From NCBI GenBank assembly GCA_013265495.1, contig MU058384.1, positions 2,295,690 to 2,359,689 of the forward strand: DNA of 64,000 nt, read 5' to 3'. Both the position numbers and the translations under genes were made by a program. Shown here in pieces: positions 1-13,875 of the stretch. Numbering within the stretch: the stretch's first letter is position 1; every line of letters begins with the position of its first letter. The stretch is from Vicugna vicugna (taxonomy: Eukaryota). The notes below the pieces were generated by a model. The model was not told the origin of the DNA. It did no database searches and saw nothing but the letters and a program-made list of their open reading frames with translations.

Positions 1-223
1 GTAAAATAGAGACTTTGACTAAAGTACCAGGCCTTTCCAATTTCGGCATTTTGTGATTCTAATGAGGGGTTACTGTTTGATAACATCTCAGATGACTTTT
101 GATACAACTTTGATCAATAATCTCTGTCTGGTTCTTATGGTTAGGGATTTAACAAAGTCTTTGTGCCTGAAATAAATTCTTCATGACAGTATGGATTCTT
201 TTACTCCTATTTTACCCACACAG

Positions 224-279
224 AGTGCGTGGAACTTCACGTCTTGAGGGGTCAGACGTTTTCCAAACAGATCAAGCAG
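224..279 (+). other. Candidate internal exon (56 nt) of an unidentified host gene
   Basis: Pyrimidine tract ttttactcctattttacccacacag and donor CAG|gtactt. Two frames are open but the peptide is not recognised. Confidence 0.25.
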
Positions 280-1259
280 GTACTTGTTTCACATTTGCGT
301 GTATCGTGCCCACAGTCCATTAATAGCTTCCTCTTCATTTTTGAAAAGTGCTAATAACATCATTATGGAAAGAGAATTGTTGTTTAAATGCATGTAGATT
401 TCTAAAAATGAGAGTTTTTTAAAAAAATTATGAGCATATATTAAGCCAAAACATCAGTCTACTGATTGACTCTTGGATATTGAAAATACAATTACTTGGT
501 TTAAAAAGCTATCTACATTTAGGTTGAAATGATTTCTTTAGCAATTACCTAGTTTTCCTCTGTATTAGAGGAAAAGCCAATCTTGAAGTTTCATCCTATG
601 GACTGTTTGAAGATTGGGACTAGCAAATGAAAAAAAAAACTTACATAATGAGAGAGATCTTTGAGATTCTTCATATTTTGGAAGACAATTCAGAAACAGA
701 AAACGCAGTGTTTTCTTCTGGCTATCATTTTAACATCTTCTAAAAATCAACTTTTAAGCATCAAATAAGATGGTTTGCACCTAACTAGGCAGTTAGTAAT
801 TTATTTAATTCTGTTTCTCCTCAAATTGGTTTATATCCTGAAATGAGTGAATTTTGCAAGATTTGAAGGTCAGAATCTACAGGGTGTTGCTAATGGCCAT
901 CTTGCTTTCACATGTTAACATTTGTGGTCTGTACATCTCAGAATGCACTAGCAGCATTTTAGACAAGTGTGGTAAAAGAGGTGGCACTGCTGGTTTTGAA
1001 TGAGGGCTCTTCTGAGAAGAGGCCCTGGAGGTCCCAGCCTCAGTCCCTTTCCTTGTGAATTAAAGGTCATGTCTGTGAAAGCATTTAGCATCACTCCAAC
1101 AACAACAACAAAATGACATTAGTAACATCAGTATCTCTAGGCAGCAGCACAATTTCAGTTTCTGGTCCTGGGCTGTCTTTTTCGTGACTTTGCACTGCCT
1201 GATAAGGCGGACAGCTGAGACCAGCGCCCTTGCCGTAGGCTGGATGCTTTACTATGTGA

Positions 1260-1410
1260 GCAGCTCTGTGAGGTGGATACTGTTGTTACTTCTGTTTGAC
1301 AGGTGATGCACCTAAGGCACAATAATCTGTCCACACTCACAGCTGGCAAGCGATGGAGCTGAGGTTTGAACCCAGGCAGACTCGTCTCCAGAGCCCTTCG
1401 TTTCATGCTG
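1260..1410 (-). mobile_element. MIR SINE
   Basis: cacagctggcaagcgatggagctgaggtttgaacccaggcagact is the antisense MIR core. Confidence 0.8.
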
Positions 1411-2234
1411 TGGTACTGTCTCTCCTCAAATCATGACACTCTGTACTCGAATGAGGAAAACTGATGTCAAGGAGATATGGCAAAAGCTTGTCAAATATCT
1501 GAGGGGGAAGAAAACCCCTAAATCTCTTGGTCTTTTTCCCTTTTCCTTCTCTTTTTGTTTTGAAACCTCTCAAACTGCTGGCAGATGGCCATGACATTTG
1601 AGACACACCTATAAAGTACTTAGCACAGGGCCTGGCACACAGCTCATATGTATTTAACCTTGACTGTTGCTCCGCTGACAGCGAAGGACTGAGTGAGCCT
1701 CTGTGTGTACAGGGTTGTCAGGGTACCACCCCAGGGGGCCCAGTCCGTCTAAGGCTGCTCACCGAAGCCTAGAAGATGGATCTTGTGTCAGAGATAAACA
1801 TACACATACTTCCCATTTAAAACTCAGAGAGTTCTGCCCAGGGGACTTACAGTACATGTAGTTCCTGACAGGAGTGTGTGAAGGGTGGTGATTTCTTTCT
1901 GCCTTGCAGGGCTTTGGCGGCGTTGGGGTTGGGTGAACCAGCCCTTCTCTTGGGGCCTTCATGCAGGTATCTTGGAGCCCTCATCACCTGCATTTCCTCC
2001 TTTCTCCTTCTAGGAACTGCAGACCAGGACCGGCTCCCACTGGGTCCCTAACTCTGAGAGCTGCCCCTTGACCTCAGTTGCCCAGGGACCTGTCAGAGCC
2101 TAAACCCTGCTGCTCCCCAATTTCATGCTCCCACTCAGAACTTGAGGGGCTCTACGGGGACCTCAGCTTTCCCTGGACATCTCGGGACCCAGGGCAGTAG
2201 TGAGCACGATCTCATGCAGCTCGTCCTCCCCACA

Positions 2235-2388
2235 CTTTCTGAATCATCAGATGTACCGGGGCCTTGTTTTAAAACAGATTTTCGGAGGTTCTGGGGATTC
2301 TGAGTCAGCTAGTCTGGGGTGAGGCCAGGAACACGCCTGGCTGACTAGTACCCCCAGGTGATTCTGATTAACCACGTTTTGGAAACAG
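2235..2388. mobile_element. MER5-like MITE
   Basis: cttgttttaaaacagatt...gattctgagtcag.tagtctggggtgaggccagg...ccccaggtgattctgat. Confidence 0.75.
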
Positions 2389-5300
2389 GAGTCTGTGTTG
2401 TGCGTTAGGAGTCTGGTCCATTGCGGATGGTGGGGTACTCCTCCACTCATGAAGTAGATTTGGAGTTACTCTGCTGGTGCTGAGTTGTAAGGTGCAAAAG
2501 AGGAATGAGACAGGGTCTTTCTGAGGTACTTTACTGTTTTGTGTGGATGATTCAGTATGTCAATACTAAGAAATGGAATTAACCGTTACTGATAACATTA
2601 TTTCTAGGAGCAAAATCTGTTCTGAATTCCAAATTACCAATTTAAATTGGATTTTTAGAAGCTATCTCGCTTATAAGATCTGCCTGTAAGTTTTTGGGAC
2701 AGTGGCCCTCCTACACATGTAAAATGCTGATTTTAAATGTTTATGGCATATTGTGTCTAAAAATTGTATTCTTAAACACAAATATAAACCCTTCTGGAAT
2801 AAGATTTTTTTTTTCCTGTGGGATGCTAGAAATTTTCTTCTGTTAGTATTCTTTTACTTTCATTTATTTCTGATTTTTTTTTACAAGAAATTACCCTCCA
2901 CATAGAAAGGCACTGTCTTGCTTTGGAAGGAAAAACAACTGTCTCAGGTTATTTCTGCAGGGAAATCCTCGATTATTCCTTCCTCTACTTTTTACTCCTC
3001 TGGTTTAAAAGCTGGTAAAGGTGTTATCATTACCGGGTGGAGAACTGCGTAGTAACTGGCTGATTAAAATCGCAGTAACGCATGATGAAATATAATGGCG
3101 GCTTTCTACATGACTGTATTAGACATCTGATAAAATGTTCTGCGGACTCAGAGAGCATGGTGTGTAGCAAAGGGAATCATAGGGGCCATGCTGTGCGTAA
3201 CTAAATTATGCCTGAGTATGTTGGCATCTGAGGACCACTGCTGAGGTGCACTTGCAGTTTCCCAGCTGACGATCTGGCTGCTGTGAGCACCGTCTAGGTG
3301 AGGGCACTGCCTCTCATCTCTCAGGATATTCCAGACTTACTTAGCTAACTGTGGCATCTCAGGGAGCTCCAGGCAGCCAGGTTCCACAGCCGGGATTCTT
3401 TACCTCCGCATTATATGAGGACTAAGATTGGTGGAAAATCATGATGCAGCCCAAATAATCTTAGCAGGACTTTTCATTTAAGTCACTAAATAGGCAATAC
3501 ACTTAAATTGTGGGAAAGAATATGTAAAAAGTTAGGCATTGAAAATCTTACTCCTGCTTCTGCCCCCTGTCTCCCTTGTCCTCCCCTCCCCCTACTAGAA
3601 TAATCACTTTTATTAGTTTCTCTGTATTCTTCCAGAATTTCTTCATGCAAACACAAAAATATTGATTTTTTCCCCTCCATTTGCTATATACATTATTTCT
3701 GGATTGTCCTGTTGCTCTTCTTTATTCGTATATATGACTCAAAGTGATTATTTCTGTTATCTTTCTGTATGCCTTTTAGCCAGTTTCTTCTCTATTTGTG
3801 AAATCACAGTTAACTTATTTTGGTCAGAGAATGCAGTTGATTTGGGAAAAACAAGATTAATTAGCATTGACATGGATTGTTAATTTAAGCACCTTCTTAA
3901 TTTTTTTAATTGCTAATGAATGCTTTGATTTAGATACATTTTAAATATGAGAATCTCAAGAGATGATTCAGCTTTTCCTGTGTTAAGAAAGGAAAAGGGA
4001 AGAGAGGACTTGTGTTAAATGTTTGTAACAACACAGGGTAAATTAAGTTTATTTAAAAGTGGACATTTTCTTCCTTCCATCTGGTTATCCTGCATGCTGA
4101 AAGGGAATTACTTCCTGACTTGGGAGGAGAGTAACTGATAACTGATATAGGGCTGCATTTGAATTTTAGTGTGGAATGTTTAACTCTGAAATAGTGACTT
4201 CATTAGCTGAGTAAATGCATTTGATCAGGAGGTCTGCTTGGTAATTTAATTTCCTTGGGTTGGTTATAACTACCTTGACTGCAGAGGACAGTGTAGAGTG
4301 ACATTTGAACGAAGCAACTGTGGACATCTGAGTTTTTTTTCCTGGTCGTTAGCCTACTTAAGACCAAAAGTTGGTACTGAATTAGTGTAGAAGTGACTAA
4401 TTAAAGCATTATTCCTGAGTGTAGACTCAGAAACGTAATCGTTGAATTACACAGCCTACCGTGCAGTTTTGGGTAAATAAAAATATGTTAAAAAGCTTTG
4501 TCTTGCAAAGTATGTCATCAAATAGTTCTGGTCATAAAATTAATAAATATTCATCATTAATTTCAAGCCTATAAAGTACAGAGAATATAAAGAAGAGAAA
4601 GGATCACAACCAAGAGAGTGTCCATCTCCTCTCTTTTTGCTAACATGTATGTATGGATCTCTGTAAGTATAGCAATAGATGGCATTGAAAAGAAAATAGG
4701 GGACATCACTCTCTGTATATATTTTTTGTCCTGATTTTTGAAAATCTAGCTTATATTGTAAGAATTTCTTCCAGGTCATGGGTGTCCAGAGGCTGCTTTA
4801 AACAGAAGCATTGGCGTGCATGTCTCTGACAATCTCTTACTTTGGTTTGGCTCCCAAGTGATGTTCCCAGGGGACAGTGTGTTCACACTAAAGTTATCAA
4901 GCAAGCAGAATTTTATTTTCTCCTGGCACTTCCTAGGGTTTCTTCTCTTTGTTTAGTTATTGGTGAACCTGTCCATTGCACTCATGAAGTAATGTCTAGG
5001 AGAGGGATGTGTTGGAGTTCTATCAGTTAGCCCAGTGGATTGCTAAGTCTTTGCCATTATCCCCATCTGTTGGAAAAATTAACGATATTTTATGTCCAAG
5101 ATTATTTACTCACAACAGCAGATCATTGAGGCAGAAGATAGTTGCCTCCTTCCTTCCTTATTGGTTCTTTAGTTGAGCAGAGTTCCTGTTGTACTAATAA
5201 AGTATTATGTTGCTGTTTTTCTTCTGAAGTTACATTTCTCTTTTTCCTTAAAAAAATTAACATTTCCCTTCCCTCTTCACCAAAATGGCAATCAGACATC

Positions 5301-5689
5301 TGTCTCGAGGTTTCTCACCTTGGCTGGCGCCTGGTCTTGGCAACACACGGGATCTGTTTAGATTTAGCTCAACAAGATTTAAAAACACAGGTCTGTCAAC
5401 TGTCTCCTGCTGCAGCTTTGGTTCTTGGTTTGTGGAAAGATGAGGACTAAGCTTGTTCCTTTTATTCTAAATGTTGGATGAAAAACTAATAGTCTGTAGA
5501 ATAAAATGGTACAGGGCAAATTCATGCATGATAAAAGGTGGTAGGGGATGAAGGTGTGAAATGGATGGGAGAAATGTCTTTGAGTACTGTTAGTACATTT
5601 TACACAATCTATTATTGCTTGCAAATTGCAAGGGCTGCTTAATAATAGTAAGTATGTTAACATTTAGGGGGTAACATTTGTAGCCAACA

Positions 5690-5822
5690 TTGATAGGGTA
5701 CTTACTATGGGCCAGTTTCATTAATCCTCATAAAAATTGTATGAGAGGGACCTATTACCACCTCCACTTTACTGATTTTATTGAGTGGCAAAGAGGTAAT
5801 TTGCCCAAGGTCACTGGTCAGT
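5690..5822 (-). mobile_element. MIR SINE
   Basis: cattaatcctcataa...ccacttt...gtaatttgcccaaggtcac. Confidence 0.7.
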
Positions 5823-6452
5823 GACAAAATACGGTATAGGTGAGTTCTGTGTTTGAACATTTTATTGGATAATTTTAATTTTTGTGAACTTTTAAGTTCA
5901 TTTTACTATCGAAAACTTCTGAATTTGGTTAGGGCTTGATAGGTATTTTCAATCATTGTGCCGCTAGCCCACTGGCATAACCCGTGGAGGTGAGTTAGCC
6001 ACCCATGTGACAGTGTTGCTGTGATTCTGTAGAGAATTAATAAAGTTTGCCTCCAAATACTAAGTCTTTTTGTTAATGCTTCCTGTCATCTGGCTGCTTT
6101 TCCTTTGCCAGACATTCATGATCATTGTCAAAAGAGAGATGATACAGGAACAAATTCAATTTCGGGCTTATTTTTATTTAGCGATACATTAGAGGGGAAA
6201 TTCTCTTCTTTCCCTTCTCTCTCCAAGTTTGCTGTATTTAAATACTGCGACGCTGTGAAATGCTATCTCAAGCCTATGCCTCGAGGAAATGGCTTAGTTT
6301 ACTTGTTAGCAACGGAGGAGACGCAGTGGTGAGACCAGCTGGTTGAGCCTCTCTAGCACGTTTACATGCCTTAATGGAAAATACCTTTAACTGCGTGGTG
6401 CTTGCTGGTGGATACGGCCATGAGAATTGGGACCCCTAACCATGAACTTAAA

Positions 6453-6638
6453 TCAGCAGTTCGCAAAGTGTGATTTCTGGGCCAGCAGCATCAGTATATC
6501 CTGGGAACTTGCTAGAAAAGCAAAATCTTGGCCCCACCCCAGACCTTCTAAATCAGAATCAGTGTGGGTGGGCTCAGCAATTTGCTGTTATTAACAGGCC
6601 TCCAGGTGATTCTGATGCCGGCGGTGGAGAACCACCTC
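6453..6638. mobile_element. MER5A hAT-Charlie MITE
   Basis: cagcagcatcagtat..cctgggaacttgctagaaaagcaaaatct...ccagaccttctaaatcagaa...ccaggtgattctgatgc...gagaaccac. Confidence 0.88.
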
Positions 6639-7300
6639 TGCAGTATCAGCTGGCCTGGGGCCAGAGGAGTGAACCTGCATTGAGACCTGTGCTGTGCTGG
6701 GGCTGTGACTGGGGCTGCCAGCGCTAAATCCCGAGGGGGTTCTTTACAAAGCTTCTACGCCTGATCCTGGGCAATTTGGGTTTATGAATACATGCTTCAT
6801 TACCATACCACGAGAGTCTTGCTTTAAGAGTCTTTGGATCCTGCCAGTTTGTGCGTTAGAGGCACATTTGCTCGCCATTTGGAGATTAATAACCTGCCCC
6901 CTGGGCTTGTTCCTCATCCTCCCAGCTGAGCACGGCCTCTCTGATTTCCCTTTTCCCAGGAACTTTAAACAGCATCTAGAGAGCAGGGAGGTGACTCACC
7001 ACAATCACAGGGTAGGGACATACTTTCTAAACAAAATCTGGAGGGAAGAGGATTGTTCTTCCTAAATGCTGATTACATAAAGCCCCCTGTTTCGATATTT
7101 TAGTGAAATAAAAAACGTAACTAGGAAAACTTGAGGGAGGCTTGGGACATTTTACTTGTGGATGGGATGTACACGTTTAAATAAACATGAGAAAAATATA
7201 CAAACATGAACATATTGAGTAGTTGGTTTTCTGTTGCTGGTAATGGAATCCTATTTTGCTTTACCCAATATAATTCAGCTTTTCAGTTGATTACTTTCTT

Positions 7301-7431
7301 TTTATTTTGTTTTTTTGGGGGGGTTAATTAGGTTTATTTATTTATTTATTTATAATGGAGTTACTGGGAAATTAATCCAGGACCTTGTTCATGCTAGGCA
7401 AGCACTCTGTCACTCGGCTATACCCTCCCCA
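7301..7431 (-). mobile_element. tRNA-derived SINE (camelid vic-1-like)
   Basis: Reverse complement reads ggggagggtatagccgagtgacagagtgcttgcctagcatgaacaaggtcctgg...(aaat)n cctaattaacc. Perfect 13-bp TSD tgattactttctt at 7288-7300 and 7432-7444. Confidence 0.92.
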
Positions 7432-7529
7432 TGATTACTTTCTTGTTTCGGTAATCTGTCCATAAATTAGCTGTTGGTACAACATAATCCACTATAATTT
7501 GGGGAAGTAAAAGATAATTGAAGCAGTTT

Positions 7530-7712
7530 GACAATGGCTGCAGAGCATAGTAAAGAGACAGACTGTGTCACCTTGAGTAAATTACTTAACCTCTCTGTGC
7601 TTATGTTTTTTCTCCTTGGTAAAATGGGCATTGTGTTAATGGTTGTTGTGGCAGATAAAAGAAGATATATAGAACAGTGCTGGGCCCATAATGAACAATA
7701 AATATTGGCTGA
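7530..7712 (+). mobile_element. MIR SINE
   Basis: ctgtgtcaccttgagtaaattacttaacctctctgtgc...gtaaaatggg...aataaatattggct. Confidence 0.8.
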
Positions 7713-10013
7713 TGGATACTTTCAAATAGCTTTTACTGATTTTTAAAAAACATCTTTTTACTTCTTTTTTCTAAGTGTATTTTAAAATTTAAGTGTAAAG
7801 TTAAGATGTTGGAATAAAGGACTAGGTTTAACATTGGAATGAAGGATTGGACTTGATTATTTGATTGAACTCTAATAGTGTAAAGTTTCTTAATGAGCAT
7901 GCTTGTGTCCTGGTTGATTGGGTCTTCTAGGTAGTTGATAGTTAGATTTGATAATTGAGTTAATTGTGAGACTCAGGATCATTGTTTTGGATATCACAAT
8001 AATTCATTTCTGAAGGTCTGGAATATTGGATTAACTTCATTTAGCATGTTCTCTAAAACTGATGTTTTGATTACATTTTGATGTGTTTGTTTTGATGTCA
8101 TTTTCCTCTTTTCAAATTGAGATCAGATAAAATCAGGTTAGTTAGTTTTGGCTTGTTGAGTGCCAGAGTTGGTTTTATTACACACGTAATCTCTAATTTA
8201 GAAACTTGTCAAATCACAAAAGTTAACTTGTAAGTTTTTTTGAACTTGTAATACATTTCCGCTTATAAATCATGTTTCCAAAGCATGACCAGGCACAGGG
8301 CAACCCCCAAAAGCCTGTTCAACCTGAAATAAGAGATACCCAGACCCACAGCGCCACAGGGCCCAATCATCACATTGAGAATTTGCTGTGGGGAAATGGA
8401 TTATGAATGAAAACCAGGATACAAGATCACATTTTCCTGTCCTCCCAACCCTTTCTCTAAGCTGTGTGACCCTAGCTTCATCTATAGCACAAATCAGGCC
8501 TCCAAATTCCTTTTTTGTAGGGGAGGGGAAGTAGACTTAATGATTTTGTGATAGCAAGATGTGAGTATGAAGCTTTGGAAGCAGGGGATAGGGTGGTTCC
8601 CAGGATGCTAGAGTGTATGGGACTGAGCAGTTTTTAGGTCTTGTGCTTAGCAGAATCTTGGCTGTGGACACTCATTACAGGTGAGAGTCCCAGGCCAGGT
8701 CAGGAAAGGTGAAGCCACCAGTAGCCTGCAGGTTCTTGTGGGGCGATTGGCAGCTGTATGCAGAGCATTTAAATCTGAGTGTTTAAGTAGGCGGTTGCTT
8801 ATAGTGCTCTTTTACATTTTTTTCTAGGAGAGTTGAATGGATAAGGGTCAACAGTTTTATCAGTTTTAAAAGCCCTCTTGTTATAATAATTATTAGTATT
8901 ATTTGCTTTTACTTACCTCTGTTTTATATGAGCATGCATTTACTTTGATTTCTGTTCAGAGATTGTGTGTGTGTGTTTTTTAATAAGCAATATGCGTGTA
9001 AAGCCTTAAAGATCCTTCCCACTTCCACCCTGCAGTCTCTGTAAAATGATCTGAATTGTTTATAGAATCCAACAAGCTTTCGGTAAAGTACATGTTTTCA
9101 AATTGTGTTGAACATGTAAAGAAAAGACAGACTTGAGCTTGTTAAAAAAAATTATTCCTGTCAAGTTCCATGTAGCTTCGCGTGTCAAACAGGACTTGAA
9201 AATGTTTTCCCTAAGCAGCCATGTCTTAACAATTTATGTTCCTGAAGGAGTTCCTTGGGAAGGAATTAAATTCTGGGGGGTCACATTTTTCTTTCAAGTT
9301 TGATTTCCAAAGTGAAAATGAACTTCTGTTTTTTAACTTGAACTTTGAAAAAAATTCGATGAAAAGCTTTCAGAACTGTGCGACGATTGTGTTATTTGGA
9401 GCTGGGCTTCCCCATGTCTGTAGCCAGAAATGAATCTTGACAGTTTCCTTTGTAGCTATAAAAATGAAGAGAAAAAGAAAAGAAGAGGTAAAAAATGCTG
9501 AGTCTGGGAAACTGTTCTAGTCATTTAAATCTTAGCTATGTAAACATCTGTTTATATTAAAGGGGCAGGGCCAAATAACAGTAATCTTTTTTTTCTTATG
9601 AAATCACTTTGCAAATTTCTCATACTTTCTCATTGAAAACATCTGAAGAGCCAGAAGTTAATATTTAGCATAATTAAGAAATGTAAAGGCTTTTATGGTG
9701 AAATTCCAATCAAAGTGGTGTATTCAGTTTTATCTTGGTTATTTGGGCTAGTGGAGAAGAGGTAATAGGAATAATCTAGGAATATTTTTACTATACAAGA
9801 TCCTTAAAAAGGAATATATTTCATGTTTTGAGAGTCATAATACTTTAGGCTGAGCCCCTGTGACTATTTCAGGAGCACTTGGAAAGAGTTCTGAATTCCT
9901 TATGGTGCCCCTTTTGTTCAGATATTTTTGTTGTAACCATTTTATATTAGAAGTAGACTGTATCACCTATCAGATGGTGTTGTGGGTCTAGACAAAGCTG
10001 AAGTATCCTATTA

Positions 10014-10046
10014 TTTATTTTTTTTTATTTTAGGGGGAGGTAATTA
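10014..10046 (-). mobile_element. Tail-only (33 bp) copy of the vic-1-like SINE
   Basis: Reverse complement taattacctcccccta plus A tail matches the SINE 3' end. 15-bp TSD tgaa(g/a)tatcctatta at 9999-10013 and 10047-10061. Confidence 0.8.
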
Positions 10047-10619
10047 TGAAATATCCTATTAATATACTGTGGGTTTTTATTTTCCTGAGTGAGAGATAAT
10101 TATTAAATGATTTAATTTTTAAATCTTATTGTTGAGTGGTAGGTGGTCAGAGGAATACCTATGAAGGAGAAAGAAGATCATAAGGAGGAGGCAGTGATAA
10201 AATTCTCTACTGGCTAATAGTTACTGCAGCACTTTGAAGGTAATGTAACTACCAGGGGACTGTTAAACTACCTGCTTTGACTTTTCCCTATGACTGTAGA
10301 GGATTTATGGTGATTCATTTCATGCTGTATACATTTGCTTCAATGTGGAGCTGGCTTCATGGACGTAGAAGTGAGCAGTGGGGATTGGCTCATGTGAAAA
10401 TCCCATGGATGTGGGTAGTCATTTACATTTGAGCTGATTTTTAAGAAACTTACTTCTATTATCTCTAAACACCGTGGTGGTTTTGTGATTTCAAGGTTTT
10501 TCAGCTTTAGGTATTATCTTTTGACTTTGTCAGGTGAGGGTTTAGCCCTTTTTCTTCCCTCTGTCCACCCCCCACTACCCACGTGTGTCTTCCGCCCCCT
10601 CATCCTCCCTACACCTGTC

Positions 10620-12610
10620 TTGTAGTTTTCTTTAGTTCAGCCTTCAGTGTTTACAGTATTATGACAGCGAACACTATTCACAACCGAATCATGTCATCAA
10701 ACACAATTACTTTTCCTTTTCTGAATACTTTTTGTTTTTCCTATCATTGATAATGGCCTTTTTGGTGTGTTTGTTTCTACCTCGGCTTCAAACTCTATCA
10801 GTGTCTTCTTTTTATCTGAAGAATCCTAGCAATATCTTCTTTTTTGAAGACGTTTCTCCTGGAGCTCTCTGATCTCATTTAATCTGGGTTGATTTTTCTC
10901 TGTGGCTGTTGTGGGACTGTCACCCTGTGGTCTCCTTCACCACCGTCATAGAGTTTTCCTCTCTCTTCTGGTTGATGTCTGTCTCTTACAACACCTTCCT
11001 CTTGGTTTACTCCTTTCTTTGGGTGGAGCTTGGCCTCTGGTGGCTTCTTAAGAAAGTCAGGCAAATTTTTTGCATGTCAGCCCTCTCGTCTGGTTGATAG
11101 TTCTGCTGGATAGGAATTCTAGGTTAAAACTCCTTTACTTTTTCTGCTTTGAAGACACTACCCTTTGAGTTCTTTTAGTCTCCAGTTTTCAGTATTGGTG
11201 TTGAGGAGCTCAAGACATTCTGATCCCTGATCCTTTGCATGTAGCTTTTTTCTTTTTTTTAATCTCTCCAGAAGATTTTAGGGTCAGCTCTTTAATCCCA
11301 GTGTTCTGATATTTCACAGTGGTATCCTTTGGGGTGTATGTCTGTGTGAGTGTGTTTTAATTAATATTGTTGGGTACTTGATGAGCTCTTTGAATCTACA
11401 AGATATTTTGCTTTAGTTCTGAAAAAAGTTGTTGAATTAATTCTTAATTTGCTTTCTTTACATTTTCAGATGTTAGATCTTGTGGACCGATTCTCAAGCT
11501 CTAACTTTGCTCTACGCTTTTCCATGTCATTCTCTGGTCCTCTTATTTCCTGAGGTATTTCTTATTCTTTCTCTTCCAGTGCTTCTGGTGAGCTTTTCCT
11601 TTCTGCTTGGGTTTTTAATTTGCAAGGGCTCTTGTGTCGTTATCCTGCGTGCTCCTTTATATACCATCCTGCTCTTAGTTCATTGATGTATTCTCTCCTC
11701 TTATCTATCTGAGAATATTAATGAGTTTTAAAAGTTTTATTCACCTTGAATGGTATTTCTTGCAAGTGGTTTTTTGTTTGTTTTTCTGTTTCTGTTTTGG
11801 TCTCTTTTTTATTTTAGTGGTTTTTCTAAGGTGTCTGGTAGTCTTTGGTTGTCTACTCATTTATACATGGGGGAACGAAAAGGCTGATTTGAGGGTCTGA
11901 GAGTTTAGACAGAGCTTGTCAACCGAGAAGGCAGATTTAGTGGGGGAATCTCTGCTGTCAGTCACGTTAGGTCATCATAGGCTGGTCGGATTCTCCAGAG
12001 AAAACTTTTCTAATCTCTTAGCTGGAGGGTAAGGCGCTCAGCTTTTCAGAAACTGTGTGGAAAGAAGGCTGGGGTCTGAGCATTTGTGTTGGCATCTGTT
12101 TACTTAATCTCACTGCTTTTGGTAGGTTCTCAACTGTGCCTTGTATTTTCAGGCCAGAAACCTTCCTTTTTAACCTCTGCTGAGAATTAACCTCCAGCCT
12201 TCTGCCAGGGTGGGCGAGGGGTGGCCACTAGTAGCTTGGATGGTGGAATGTCAGGTTTAGACTGCTTAAGCCATTTTCAACCAGTCCTTGTCTTAGCTGT
12301 TCCCACTTCCCAGGAAAATCAGTTCGCCTTTGCTTTCAGCAGGGCTTCTGAGGACCAGTGCCTGAGCTGGGAGAAAACAGCATGGGCCCTTAACTTCCCC
12401 CCAAGTGGCTTCAGGATTGGCCTTATCAGGTCTCCAGTCTGGTATCTGGTACTGCTCAACCTTCTGTATTCCAGCTTCCAAAGTTTTCTCATCACCTCTT
12501 TCCCACTCTCTTCATCTTCTTAATTTTTTTTTTTTTGCTATAGTTTTAGTGGGGCTTTAAGAGAGAGAGAGCTCTAGATATGATGCTTGCATTCAATTCA
12601 CCCCCTTTGC
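10620..12610 (-). mobile_element. Ancient L1M/HAL1-like 5'/ORF1-region fragment
   Basis: Long T-rich tract with ggataggaattctaggtt, ctgatccctgatcctttgcatg and gttctgatatttcacagtgg, typical of antisense old L1 5' regions. Boundaries approximate. Confidence 0.6.
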
Positions 12611-13064
12611 CTGGAGCCCCTGGACATTTTTATGTGTATGTTTTTGTACTCTCAAGTACAGGGCAGTCCCCTCATCCTTCCTGCACCTTCCCTGTTCTGT
12701 TGGGGGTACCACCATTCTTCTAGCCATCAGACCAGGACTTGAAGGTCAGCTTTGACTTTCCCACTTCCCCCATTACATCTCCAACCAGTGAATAACTTCT
12801 TCCTGAATGAGCTCTCTCTCATTCTGTTGCCTGAATCACAGGGCCACCATGTTCCTGGAAGGGCCATGAAAGTAGTACGGTGGACAGGGGCTGGATTAAC
12901 AGCCTGTTCAAACCATTCTGAAATGTGGTACAGGTCCCAGGAGGAAAGACAGGAGCTGGACATTCTGGTTCTCTTTCTCTTTCAAGGCTATGTGGTGTCT
13001 TCTGGGTGGGGCAGGAACTCTACTGAGGGCTAATTGAAGAGAGAAAGCCCCTGAATGGTCATGA

Positions 13065-13875
13065 GCAGATGCCACATCACCACCAAGACTGGATCACCAC
13101 CCACAATACTTCTGACACCACACATGTGGGTTTTCACCTTACATTAAGCAATTCTGACATTAACTACCTGGAGCTAGCTCAACTCCACAGGTTAAGGATT
13201 CAGCTCCACAAGACGACCACCCCCCATTTAGATACAAGTTACAAGTCCCAGGTTGTCCCCTGTATTTCTGACCAACTGGCTATACACTGGGGTCCCACAC
13301 CCCCTCCTCAGGTTGCTGTAAGCTCACAGAATTCAGGGAAATGCCTGCTTATGTTTATTGGTCTATTATAAGGGCTATAATAAAGAATATGGAAGGACAG
13401 CCAGATGAAGTAGTACACAGGGTGAGGTTTGGAAAGATCCTGTGGAAGAAGCTTCTGTACCCATGGAGCTGGGGTGTGCCACCTTCCTGGCACATTCACC
13501 AACCAGGAGCTCTCCGAATTTCCTCATTTAGGGTTTTTAATGGAGGTTCCATTATATAGGCATGATTCATTAAATCATTGGTCATCATTAATTGGACTCC
13601 ATCTCCAGTCCCTCTGTCTTCCCTCAAGGTAGGGGATGGGTGGGGTGGGAGAGCTGGGTGGGGCTGAAAGTTCCAACCCTCTAATCACAGGGTTAGTTCC
13701 AACCCCCACCTTTAAGGTAAATTCAGGTGTGGCTGAGAGGGGCTTGCTATGAATATCAAAAAATACTCCTGTCACCTGGGTCCGTTTGGAAATTCCAAGG
13801 GTCCTGGAAGCTCTGTGCCAGGACCCAGGACAAAGGCCAGACAGATACATCTCTTGTCACACTATCATAATCAGA
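13065..13875 (-). mobile_element. Solo LTR, MER21-like
   Basis: tacttctgacacca, ctgaccaactggctata, ctgaaagttccaaccctctaatca and ggaaattccaagggt...gctctgtgccagga match the reverse complement of the recalled MER21 consensus. Confidence 0.82.

Noticed and set aside
3082..3130. C/D box snoRNA (ATGATGA...CTGA)
   Set aside because: Only 49 nt box to box, with no terminal stem.
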